A stretch of DNA of 64,000 nucleotides, from the NCBI GenBank assembly GCA_002245135.1, contig NGBS01000305.1, positions 62,001-126,000 on the forward strand, given 5' to 3'. Position numbers and translations under genes: made by a program. This DNA comes from Proteromonas lacertae. Its lineage: Eukaryota. Shown in pieces: positions 13,304 through 25,170 of this stretch (position 1 is its first letter; each line of letters starts with the position of its first letter). A model generated the notes under the pieces. The model was not told the DNA's origin. It saw only the letters and a list, made by a program, of their open reading frames with translations, and ran no database searches.

Positions 13304-14185
13304 CTATTAACACGTTTTTATTTCTTATAATTGTTTTTTTATTGTATTTAGAAAACAAAAGCTTGATGGCTTGACCAACCAATGGTTTATTTCAAACCAA
13401 TGGTTATAACAATTGGTTGGTTGGTTGACCAATTTATACAGCCCTGATAAATAATATAAAATATATATTGGTGATTTTTCTTTTGGTGGTTCATCATTAG
13501 GAATATCGATTTTGATATATAATCGATATGGATTAAATGGATTAAAAGGACGACCTGTTACTGGTGCACCTAATAAAATTATATATATATATATCAGAGT
13601 AATAAATTATACTGATTCTACGTCTTTTAATACCTTTAGACTGATCCATTAATACACATTTGGTGCATATATCCCTAACTTTATGATTAGGTATGCTACT
13701 GATGTTTTTTAAGCGATTTTCAAAGTCTTTATCACTTTGAGTACTATCACTATCACTATCAGTATCAGTGTCTGATAAATATATCATTTGATGACTCATT
13801 ATTTTTTGAAATTTATTTTTTTATGAAAATGTCAGGAAAATGCTGAATAAACTCTAGATGCAAAATCAATTATGTATCAAAATTATTATATTATTTAATG
13901 AATCATGATTCATTTGAGAATTTCTTGATGTTTTTGATGTAATTATATTATTAACAAAAATATTAAATAATATGTATATTAATCATCTCTACAGAAAACC
14001 TTACGGATGATATATAGAATGATTTAAAAATTGGAGAGTTTAATCAATAAAAATTGTTTACAAATCAGTTAAATTGACTACAAATTAGTATAAATTGTTT
14101 ACAAAATGTAACTAAAAAACTTGATTTTAGTATAAATTGTTTATTTTCAAACTCTCCCTGTTTAATCTTGTCCTCTATTATATAT

Positions 14186-14331
14186 TGAAATAGATTTTAC
14201 AAATGAGGATGAAGTTATGACACAAATATATATATATAATTATTACAATAGTTGTCAATTAGAAGGAACTGTAATACCAATTTGTATAACTGATATTCAG
14301 TTAATTGAAGAGCATGAAAGAAGGAGTATTC
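14186..14331 (+). repeat. Left direct repeat flanking the NTPase-REase gene
   Basis: Matches 18480-18602 except one SNP, a 2-nt TA slip and a 21-nt indel. Confidence 0.9.
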
Positions 14332-14493
14332 ATATGCTTTTAACAAAATTACGTTTGTAATAATGTAGAAAATGAAGATAAATAGTTCAAGCTTGATCAA
14401 ACTCTAAATATAATTCTTTAGAATTCTTAGTGTTTATTTTTGCCCAATTTGCTCAATCCAGTAAAAATAAAAGATGTATATTTTTAATTATTT

Positions 14494-17400
14494 ATGTGTA
14501 GGGCAATGAAGAGACAAGTAGACTATACTTCCAAAAATACTAGAAAAGCTAAAAGAGCGAGAATAGCTGAAGGTATAAACAGTGAAAATGAGTTTGATAA
14601 TTTTGTAGAAATCATTAATAGTTTGAGTCTTTGTGATGATGATGATAAATGTTTAAAATTTAGTGATACAGTGGATATATTTCAGTTTCCTCTAAGAAAA
14701 ATTTATATGAGAGGGTGTTATGAAGTGATGTTTAGAGACATATGTAAAAGTATGTTGTGTTATGACAATGTAGTGATAACAGGTCAACCAGGCATAGGGA
14801 AAACCTCGTTTATATATGCTTTACTGTATTTCATTAAGAATTTACGAATAGACTTTAATAAAACAGAAAAGAAATATTTATTAGAAAGAGAATTGAATAA
14901 AGAAAGTGAAGAAATAGAAGAACTAATAAAAGAATTAAATGTAAAATTTGATGAGAAAAAAGAATCACTAGAAAATGATTTATCAAGCATTGATAGTGTG
15001 ATAAATACATGTAATGTTCGTAAAGAAGAATTGGAAAAAGAAATCAAAACACATTGTGATAATCTAAAGAAGATGATAGTTAATGGTTGTATTAATATAT
15101 ATAATAATTTATACTTAATAAAAAATAATAAAAAAAATTGCACATTGTACAATATCGATCAAAATAAAGATATAATACTATCAAAAGAAAAAATGCGTGA
15201 ACATTGTCAAGAACGTGGATTATTTTATTTGGATAAAATTAACAGCAGTATGAGTAATATAAATACTGCTACATTTGATGTTAAAGATACAATAATGAAT
15301 GATTTAGAAGAAATAGAAAATAAATATAAGAAAAAATCAATTCCATTAAAAGAAATGATTGAATTTTATATCTTAATTAAAAAGATAAATACTAGAATGA
15401 TGAACATAATCAATCTAAATTATTCAGTAAATATAAATAATGCAAGAAAGAGCAAATTAGAAAGTGACTTGGCTGGATTAGATGGTTTATATGGGAAGAT
15501 TCGAGACATTATGAATATTTCAGTAAGTGAGATAAAACAAATAACAAGTGGATTTAAAAAATGTGAAAAATATGAAGAAGAAGTAGAAGAATTAAAAGGA
15601 TTTAATTATTATTTCTTAGATGCTTTTACTAGAAGTGTTCATAAAAAAGGCAACAAAGTTACAATCAACATATTAAAAGATATATATATAGTGAAAGGGA
15701 AGAAAAACGGAAAGAATGAAGCAATAGTATATCTATTCAAAAATGGTAAAGTTTCGAAAGTTCCAATTCAACCGTGTGATATAAATGATTCAATAATAAT
15801 AGTGGATACATTTAATGGTACATTTGAAGGTAGAAATAAAATCATATCAATCAGTTCACCTGATCATAAAAATAATGACAAATATACAAAAAATACTACT
15901 AAAAAGAAAGAATTATATTTTGATTCATTAAATGATGAAGAAATTAAAGAATGGTTTGAAAAATGTATTGGTTTTGATGTTGATGTAAATAATGATAAAT
16001 TTAAAGAGACATGTCAAAAATATGGTAATATTCCAAGACAGATTTACTTTCACTATTTATATGCAAAGAATTACAATAAAGATTATTGGAAATATTACAC
16101 AGAATTAATCGAAGGTGTAGTTGGTTGTACAAGATATAATGATTTTTTAAAGAATTATATGGATAAAGAGTATTTGAAGAAAGAAGATTCATCAAATATT
16201 TTATTAAAATATGATTTAGAAGAACAATATGATAAAAATTTACGACATAATATATTAACTCCAAAAGATCATTTAAAATTCGTTTCAGATGCTGTAGAAA
16301 AATATATAGTTAATAAATTCTATCCTGTTAAAGATGAAACAGAATACCAAACAATAAAACAAAACATCGACACAATTGATGATGATGATAAATTTATGAA
16401 AAGAATAGCTATGAAACAAATAATAGCATATGAGTTAAGTACTGGAATTATTGAATTAGAAATGAATCGTAGGGATTGTAATGATGAAGTTACTATAATT
16501 GACAGTAATCCTGATTTCAAATTAAATTCTGAAAAACATGTATCAATTCATTATCCAGTTGGTGCATTACATTATGTTTATTACATATTGGATGAAGAAA
16601 ACTATTTTGATTTGATTATAAATGGAGTGTTTATAAAAATATTCTTAGATGATGAAGAATTTAAAGATGATGATGAATTAGGTTATATTGTTGAAGATGA
16701 AACAGAAGAAAGAATCAGAAAATCAATAAAAGTATCAATATATTATATAATATTTAATTTTATTCTAGGATTATAGTGAAGATAAAAAAGGCACATTCAT
16801 GTATGCTGTAATAAAGAATTATAATCTCTATGCATATGATGTAAACTTTGTAATTGAACATTCACCAGATGAAAAACCATCACAATCCTCAGTAACAGAA
16901 AGAAAAGGAAGAGCAGAGAGAAAAATTGCAATAGAAGTTAATACAGAAGTATATGTAGATGAAAATGATTTATTGATAATGAGAAAATGTTTCTATGATA
17001 TGTTGAATATTATTTGTAGAGATAAATTTAATTATGATAATCAAAGAAACTATTTGATATTTGGTCATTCTAAAATCGGAAAATCAGTATTAGCACACCT
17101 TATAAGAGATTATATTCATGAACACTATAGAAATATTAGAATAGTCTATAAATATAATGATAATACTGTTTCTTATGTTAAAGAAAATTATTATTTTAAT
17201 AAGAATCTTCATCCATATATTGTAATTTCTGATGGAGGAGTAATAGGTGAAGATGATTATGCCGATGCAAAATCAGTAATTCTATTAGCTAATCCATCTG
17301 AAAAAGAGTATAAAACTTTTCAAAGTAAAAGATGTCCATTGTTGATATATATACCACCATTTACAAAAGAAGAAGTAAATAAAGTAAAATTAGTTCAAGA

Positions 17401-18150
17401 TGTAGAACTAATTGCAAAAGTAGACAGTGGCATTTATGAATTCAAAGAGTTGAAAAAGAAATCTCTTATAATGAAGAAAAATTATTTTTATAAAATAGGC
17501 AAAAGTTGTAAAAGTGAAATCGAAGATTTACAGCTTTGTCATAAAGCAGTTTTAAAATTATATGATAATAATTTTGAATATTATGGTGGTGTAATAGGAA
17601 ACTATAAATTTAATGATGTTGAGATTAATAAGCTAATAGAAAGAATTGATGAGAAAATGATTGATGACATTCTAAAAGGTATTAGTAAATCATCATTATG
17701 TAAGACAAATTATGATAATATACTAATATATGAGACATATGAAGATGATGTTACTAAATCTGGTAATCTTAGATTTATAACTGAGACAATCAGAGATTTG
17801 GTAATTAGTAAAAAAAAGAGAATTGATTGAAATGGCAGATGGAAGAGATTATGCAGGAAATTTGTATGATAAAATTGTATTATATTTGATGAAGAAAGGT
17901 GATAAATTTCAAGAGAATATTGTTAGAAGTATATCTGAAATGAATAGAGCAGATAAATGGTTGAATTTTAAAGTTGTTCCAACAAGTATAACAACAGATG
18001 CAGATTTAAAAAATGAAATTCAAAAATAAATTCCAAACATATCATGATGAATTTAAAATGCCTGTGATTGATTTAGGTTACAGACCTAATTTCCCTGATG
18101 TTGATTTATTTATTGGACCGATAGATATTCAAATCACAAAAAAGAAGTAA
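14494..18150 (+). pseudogene. Crinkler/RHS-type protein with two P-loop NTPase + restriction-endonuclease-like modules; 3' end disrupted
   Basis: IYMRGCY...GQPGIGKT and IMRKCF...GHSKIGKS Walker A regions; NFPDVDLFIGPIDIQIT at ~18085-18140; intron ~16732-16769; poly-A frameshift ~17815; stop at 18029. Confidence 0.7.
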
Positions 18151-18479
18151 TAAAGAAAATCCTGAAATGGGATTTAGCAGTAGAACAATAGGAAAATATC
18201 CAGAATGTATCAAAAATATAGCAATAGAATTAAAAGGTAAAAATGCACATGATTTATTTAAATTAGCAGATGATAATAAAAGTATAATACATATTACATT
18301 CCAAGAATTAAAAAACTATGCTTACTATTTAGCATAACTTCCATTTTATACTATTAATCTTTCATTGTATGTTGTTTTTTGAGAAAAATGAAAATAATAT
18401 TTGTCAAACTCTTATCAAGCTTTCATTACATTTTTGTCAAGATCTTTAAATAGAAGATGATATATGGCTATTAATAGAA

Positions 18480-18602
18480 TGAAATAGATTTTACAAATGA
18501 GGATGAAGTTATGATACAAATATATATATAATTATTACAATAGTTGTCAATTAGAAGGAACTGATATTCAGTTAATTGAAGAGCATGAAAGAAGGAGTAT
18601 TC
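18480..18602 (+). repeat. Right direct repeat flanking the NTPase-REase gene
   Basis: Copy of 14186-14331. Confidence 0.9.
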
Positions 18603-19014
18603 GATGTTATGAAGAAAGGGAAAGTAGAAATAGTGATTTAATAGAAGAAATGAGTGATGTAGATATTTACACTCCTCAAATGAAAAAAGAGATCGATAAA
18701 CAAAAGAACCAGCAAATTCGTCATAAATGAATGATATAAAAGAGTATAGATTAAGTATTAAGAATAACAAAAATATATTGGTTTATGTTGCTTGTTCTTT
18801 ATCGTTGTTAATGCAATGTATGATTTTATTAAAAGATTTAATCAAAAATAAAGAATATAATAATAATTTATCTGTATTATTTAGCTTAATATAATGAATA
18901 GAAATTGGTTGTTTTTATTGTGTATAACTTCTCAACAACACTCTCTTTTCTTTCATTTTTTTTACAAAGAAACATTGAGAATTTATTACGTATTTATTCA
19001 TTATATTACTAACT

Positions 19015-19686
19015 TTACTTTGATAATAAACTCCTATCAAATTCATCAAAATCATGTATAATTGATTTTATACCATCACATGTTGATAATTCTTTTTCTC
19101 TTTCTTCATTATCACATATTCCTATTATATATCCTATACCAGCTCTTCTGGCTGCTTCTATTCCATTCTTTGCATCTTCTATCACTATTAAATCACATGC
19201 ATTTATTTCTAATACTTTTGCAGCTTCTATATACACAGTTGGATTAGGTTTTCCTGGAAATAAACCTTTATCGTATATTATATGTTTATCATCAAACCAT
19301 TTATGCAGATTAAATTGTTCAATAAAAAAAGGAATATTATTTTCATCTGACATTGTGGCAATAGCTATTGGGTAATTATTCATTTTAAGATAATCAAGTA
19401 ATTTGACTGCTCCTTTTTGTAAATGAATATTTCTTTTATCTTCTAGACATATATTTCTATATAGTTCTTCCTTTTCACATGCATATTGTTTAACTTCCTC
19501 ATCTGTCAGCTTTCTTTCTAATACACTTTCCAAAAAGTCTTTATTGGTTAGCCCTTTGAATTTTTCTAGATTTTCTGTAGGATAAAACACACCAACTTTT
19601 TCTTTTATGAATTGACACCAAGCTTTATAATGATATGCTGTATCGTTAAACAATGTACCATTAAAATCAAAAATAATACCTTTCAT
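19015..19686 (-). CDS. HAD-family phosphatase (beta-phosphoglucomutase-like)
   Basis: FDFNGTL, GKPNP and IVIEDAKNGIEAA motifs; intronless. Confidence 0.9.
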   Translation of the reverse strand: MKGIIFDFNGTLFNDTAYHYKAWCQFIKEKVGVFYPTENLEKFKGLTNKDFLESVLERKLTDEEVKQYACEKEELYRNICLEDKRNIHLQKGAVKLLDYLKMNNYPIAIATMSDENNIPFFIEQFNLHKWFDDKHIIYDKGLFPGKPNPTVYIEAAKVLEINACDLIVIEDAKNGIEAARRAGIGYIIGICDNEEREKELSTCDGIKSIIHDFDEFDRSLLSK

Positions 19687-19789
19687 GTTATGAACTAAAG
19701 ATAATTAGAGTTTTTAAATCAAAACAATAACTTGTAACGTTTATATTTTAATAAATATCAAATCAAACCTTTTTCATTTTGCTTTTTTC

Positions 19790-20227
19790 ATGGCATATAA
19801 ATCAAGAGAGAAGTTAAGTACATCAGAAATATATCGTAGAGCACTTACATATAAGGGTGAATATACTAAAGAAGACTTTCCTGAATTAGCAAAGGTAGTT
19901 TATTGGATTAGACAGCTACTTGGAATGTATGAATAGTATTATTTATGATTTTGTAGAATACTTGGATTTATTTGGGGTATCTTAGGTTTTCATGGAATCT
20001 ATGCTATTATTGCGTATATTTTATTTTTAGTGTTATTAAATAATAGATTTGCTGTTGTTAATTTCGCTATTGTTCATATTTACTACAACTCCTATTTACA
20101 AATTGATGTAGAAGATTTTGGAGTATGGAATTTAGCTCAAGAAGGAATGACATCTTCAGCTGGATTATTTATGACAGTATGGATCATTATATATTCAGCA
20201 ATGAATGGATCTACAGTTGAAGTATAA
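19790..20227 (+). CDS. RAB5IF: Rab5-interacting protein family (RAB5IF/C20orf24), 3 exons
   Basis: VVYWIRQLLG..ILGFIWG; YLQIDVEDFG..EGMTSSAGLFMTVWIIIYS; two short GT-AG introns. Confidence 0.8.
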
Positions 20228-20338
20228 CATTTGCTAATATTTATTCATTCTATTTTTTTTTTGTTTTATTATTATTGTTATTATTATCAAAAACAAAACA
20301 AATATATACTATTGTATTTAAAATATATATCATATAAT

Positions 20339-23159
20339 TTATTTATTAATTAATTTCAAATATTTCTTCAAATCATTCACTGGTAATTTCTCCACTTCTG
20401 TTTGAACAAATGGAATAGTATGAACATGAAATATCCTCATTTCCTTCTTCTTCTTCTTCTCTTTTTCTTCATTATTATAATCAACTTCAACAGCATAACA
20501 CTCATTATTCAACGATAATAACTGAGAAAGACTAATATAAGAATTAAGTGAAATAGGTGAAAAACAACATACTGTATCACTTAATAGATTCTATTACAAT
20601 AAAATAAATTTATAATTATACAATAAATCTTGAGCTATTATTAGATTTACATCCTACAATAACATATAAACTATTCAAAGTGATTCTAATCACTTCCAAC
20701 ATATTCATACAGTATATATGATCCTCTTTATATAATTCACTACATTTAGTGATATATTCACTATCACCATTATTATTATTATTTGCAAGAATATATTTAT
20801 CTAATATTTCACAATATTCTTTAAACTGTTCATCTGATTTAGAAAACTCTTCAATAGTGTTATATTTATTATATAATACATTATAATATCTTAAAAATTG
20901 ATATATTTCATAATTAATACAGGTAAATAGCTTATTATTGTGATCATTATTTTTCTCTATATATTTCTCAATATCTTTGGCTTTACTATATCCAATACAA
21001 TAATCATATTTAATCTCTACCATTTCATCACTATCTCTATATTTTATTATTTTACCTTTCTTATATCGAGGATGGTTGATTATAGTACCAGTTACAAACA
21101 CTGAATCTACAGGAGATGGTATATCTAATAATGGACATAAATAATAATGATAGAAGTTAGTGATTAATGACTTATCTGTAGATATTAATGGTAATAATGA
21201 TATTAAATTGTTATATATTATTCTATGCAAGTCGTTTCTATTATTATTATTATTAAATTCTAATTTCAAAATATTTCTTTTATTCTCTTCATCAATTATA
21301 AACTCATTTTTATTAGTATCTATAATAGTGAATGGTATATTATTGATTTCATTCTTTATATTCTCATTATTCAACTCTTTCTTCTCTTTAAACAGTATGT
21401 TATTGTATTTATTATTATATGAATGTTCTATATATTTTTCATGTAACATTTTCATTGTCTTCTTTAAAGAATCTCTTTTTTCTTCCAAGTTTTTATATGT
21501 AGATTTACACCTATCTAATACTATCTCAATACTGTCAAATGGATTCTTGATTAATGAATTTATTACTGTTTTACCACTATTTGGATAGAGTGAGTTGATT
21601 GTTTTAATATATAATACTGTAAAGTCAGTAACTGGTATTTTATAGTTGTATATTGATAATGGCATGACTTTGTATAATAAATTTATATTTCTTTGATGTC
21701 TTTCCAGTAATTCAATTAGTTTTTTGAATATATCGATATTTATATCATATTCTACCATTTTATCATCATATCTACATAATATATCATTATATGGATTAGA
21801 GGTGACTGGAATATTACTAAGTATCTTGCTGCTATAGGATATATATTGAGAATTAATAAATCTCGATTGTGTGGGAGTGGAAAAATCTTTAAGTCGATCA
21901 GTTGGTATTATTTTATAAGACGGTGTTGCATTGGATAAGGATTCTATATCCAATACTTGAGGTATTGATGTATTTAGTGTATTTGATGTATTAGCTGTAT
22001 TAAGTGTATTAGCTGTATTTTGTGTATTTTGTGTATTATTTGGTATATTGGTGGTGATAATATTGTTTTTATATTCATTTACTAATATTACAAACTCTTT
22101 AAATAAATAGGGAGTATCAAACAATATATCATTCACTAAACCAAATAATTCTTCAATTGTGATAATTTGTTCTGAATAAAGGAACAAGCACTTCACAAAT
22201 TCCTTCCAGTCACTATCCTTCACTAAAAATGATCGAATATTCTCGAAAAATGTTCGTTTTCTCTTGGGTAAATTGGATATTTCATTGTTAATAGTGTTAT
22301 AGTTGTTGTTGTTGTTGTTTTCATGTCTCATTTTCCTCTTTCTTGCCATTTCCATCTTCTGTAATTGTTGCTGTTGTTGCTGTTGTTGTTGCATTATTTG
22401 ATGATGTTGTTGTTGCTGTTGCTGTTGTTGTTGCCTTATATTTCTTTTTCTCTCAAAATCTCTATTGTCGTTTGAATGGTAATGCCTGTCATTCATACTG
22501 TTTCCGCTATTTCCTGCTGATTGTAAGAGAGTTGTTTTGTTTCTTGTTTCATAAGATGTGGGTTGTGGTACAGCTGGAGCTGATAATGGTAAAAATAGTT
22601 TGAATTGAGATTGTAAATCATCATGACCTTCAAATAATGTTGCAATCTAATTAGTTTTATTTATATTATATTATTATACTTGAAGTGTAACATCAGAGAT
22701 AGATATTCGATTATCTTTAAATTGTTTTAATATGGTTAAGAAATTACTATAAACATCTGGATTTGTATTAGCAAAACGATTTCTCACTGTGTTTACAAAT
22801 TGATATGCAATAGCTGGCAATTGAGCTCTATAGATAATTCTTTAACTATTAAAATATACGCTCCTGCTTGTTTTTCTATATGTTTTTCTTCTGGCAAGAA
22901 TATCTCGAACTTCTTTATCAAATCGTTATGCCCATCCAAAATCTCTGCTACTCTTTTTGTCACATCACTTACACTCAATCTATAATTTATAATCAAGGTG
23001 GTCATACTCTTTATTCTTAAATTTCTGTAAGATTTTTACGAAGTCATCATACTTTTGAGGGCTATCTTGTAAGCGCGTTCTGATCTAGATATATCAACAA
23101 TATTTCAAAAATACCAAATCCAAATATTCTCTAGCCTGTTGCTGCTTATCTTCCGACAT
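20339..23159 (-). CDS. SIN3: Sin3-like corepressor with PAH domains, multi-exon
   Basis: AREYLDLIRTRLQDSPQKYDDFVKILQKFK; VAEILDGHNDLIKKFEIFLP; TPSY and HDAC-interaction-like region. Confidence 0.8.
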
Positions 23160-23246
23160 GATGAAATTTTTTTGAATTCAGCTTGTGGGAGGCTTGATAG
23201 ATATTTATTCTTCTTTCTTCTCATTATATAAAGGAGATTACAGCAA

Positions 23247-23635
23247 ATGGATCCGTTGTCAAGGAGATTCCTGTCTTTATACAGACAAATAATGAAGACT
23301 CATAATAAAATATTACCTTTTAACTTCAGAGTTGTTGGAAATCTCTATGTAAGGTATATTTTTTTATTTAATATTATTGCAGAGAAGAATTTAAAAAGCA
23401 TAGTAAAGCTGAACCGAAATTTAAAGTTGCTTTTTTGAATGAATGGGATAAATACCTTACCGAAATCAAAAACTCTGATGGTAATTTTGTATATTGCATT
23501 CTTTTTATGTATGTATAATAGGGACGTGATTTAACAAATGACGAGAAAGCTAAACTAAACGATTTACAGAAGCAACAGCTTGCTAAATTAAAAGCAGAAA
23601 CGTACACTGCATTTGCACCCAAAGAAGAAATTTAA
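23247..23635 (+). CDS. SDHAF3: Succinate dehydrogenase assembly factor 3 (ACN9, LYR motif), 3 exons
   Basis: LYRQIMKTH...GNLYVREEFKKH...FLNEWDKY...GRDL after splicing. Confidence 0.85.
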
Positions 23636-23796
23636 AATAAACAAAAACAATATATTTATTTATAATTATTTTGTTTGTTTTAACTTTCACTGTAATTGAT
23701 TTTTATTAACACTGCTTTTACATTACCTATTCTATCAGGAAAATATAACTTTGCCAATTCATAATATATCTCTACACACTGTTTATATTGTTCCTT

Positions 23797-24528
23797 TCAA
23801 AATTGGATCATTATTTGGGAGTGGATATATAAAGAAAATTGCATTATCAAATAGATTTTTGGATTAAATCTGTTGGAAAAATAAATATATTTGTGTTTAT
23901 CATTGAAAATTGGTAGATTTGGTATGGATGTTAATAATTGATATAACAAAACTTGTTCTTTAGAAATCACTAAATAAAATGATGAATATAAATTCCTAAC
24001 ACTCTCTTCCTTTTGATAGATTATAATAAATGACAAGATTGAATTAAATAGTGTTTTGAATTCATTTGTTAATGCCATTTTAGTATTTTCTGGAATATTT
24101 TGAAATAGTGTAATGTATGTATAATAATTGACTATGAAATGCAACCCTTCCGTTAGAGAAACAATTGTTTTTGCATTTTCAACTGTTTTTTTATACCATT
24201 CATTCAACAACACAGATAATGACATATTTATCTTTGATAATAATGATATTATTGAACTGATAGAATCATCGTATGTTTGTTTTAGAGTTTCTACATTTTC
24301 TAAAATTATTTTGATTAGTTCGTCTAATGATGTAGATTCGATTTTTAACACTCTTTTACATAATTCATTTGAATAATTATCTATATTTGCTTCTAATTCA
24401 CTTTTCAAATTTGAGGAAGGAAGGGATTTGACTGCTAATTTGAATCTGGGTAATAAATCACTTTCAGAGTATTTTGTCCTACTTTCAAGGATCTTTTTAA
24501 CAAATACATCGAGAAATTGATCAGACAT
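23797..24528 (-). CDS. Hypothetical helical protein (3' end probably spliced further)
   Basis: 243-aa ORF. Confidence 0.5.
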   Translation of the reverse strand: MSDQFLDVFVKKILESRTKYSESDLLPRFKLAVKSLPSSNLKSELEANIDNYSNELCKRVLKIESTSLDELIKIILENVETLKQTYDDSISSIISLLSKINMSLSVLLNEWYKKTVENAKTIVSLTEGLHFIVNYYTYITLFQNIPENTKMALTNEFKTLFNSILSFIIIYQKEESVRNLYSSFYLVISKEQVLLYQLLTSIPNLPIFNDKHKYIYFSNRFNPKIYLIMQFSLYIHSQIMIQF

Positions 24529-24594
24529 GATTATTTAATACAATACAGTGTGTACGTATTTTGGTGTGTATTTGATTGTATTTTCATTTTTTGA

Positions 24595-25117
24595 ATGAAT
24601 CAGAAGATTAATGAAGCTGTAAATGAGTATTTTATAATATATATAATACAATATGATAAAGAGAATTTGAAAATATATTTCAACAACTAGATAAAAGTGA
24701 ATTAGATGAGTATAGAATTTTATACTATTATTAAAGTATTAAATCATTGTTGTATACTCGATTAAACTATTTACAATGGGAAGATAAGATAACAAGCATA
24801 TTAAGAGGTATTTTCTTGAAATCAAATGTTTTATGTAGATCTTATATCAACGCAAGGATTAGAAGATTTGAAAGATGAAAAAACCAGAAAAGAAATATCT
24901 GAAATTGGTCTTGAAAAAGGATTGAGTATATTTAATAGTTTTTATTTTAGAATTTATACCTGATTTACTGCAGTTGGAGTTATTTGAAGCAGTTGAAGAA
25001 GTACTTCAAAATTCAGATTATGTGGATAAGCAGTTAAATGAATTAGTAATAAAAACAAAACAGGAGAGAAATGATATGAATAAAGTAAGGTTTGATATAC
25101 CTGAAGATGATAAATAA
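24595..25117 (+). CDS. Possible ENY2/Sus1-like protein, multi-exon
   Basis: Spliced reading WEDKITSILRDLISTQGLEDL...FIPDLLQLELFEAVEEVL loosely resembles ENY2; exon structure uncertain. Confidence 0.35.
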
Positions 25118-25170
25118 ATAAATCATGTTTATAATTTAAACTAATCAATTTTAATTTATAATCATTTGTT

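Larger units (their letters stand above)
10865..13446 (+). mobile_element. hAT DNA transposon with transposase
   Basis: Ends CAGGGCTGTAT...ATACAGCCCTG; 8-bp TSD ATAAATAA (10857-10864, 13447-13454); ACCAAT/ATTGGT subterminal repeats. Confidence 0.95.
10440..13799 (-). pseudogene. Multi-exon hypothetical gene interrupted in an intron by the hAT element
   Basis: Exon-like segments 13799-13596, 13570-13467, 10840-10763 and 10719-~10440 separated by TA-rich introns; the hAT TSD lies within the second intron. Confidence 0.35.

Noticed and set aside
23600..23700. Polyadenylation-created stop codons with a TGTTTGTT signal, as known in Blastocystis
   Set aside because: TGTTTGTT occurs at ~23672, but the genes checked (SDHAF3, RPL29, UBE2K, RNFT) have encoded stops.
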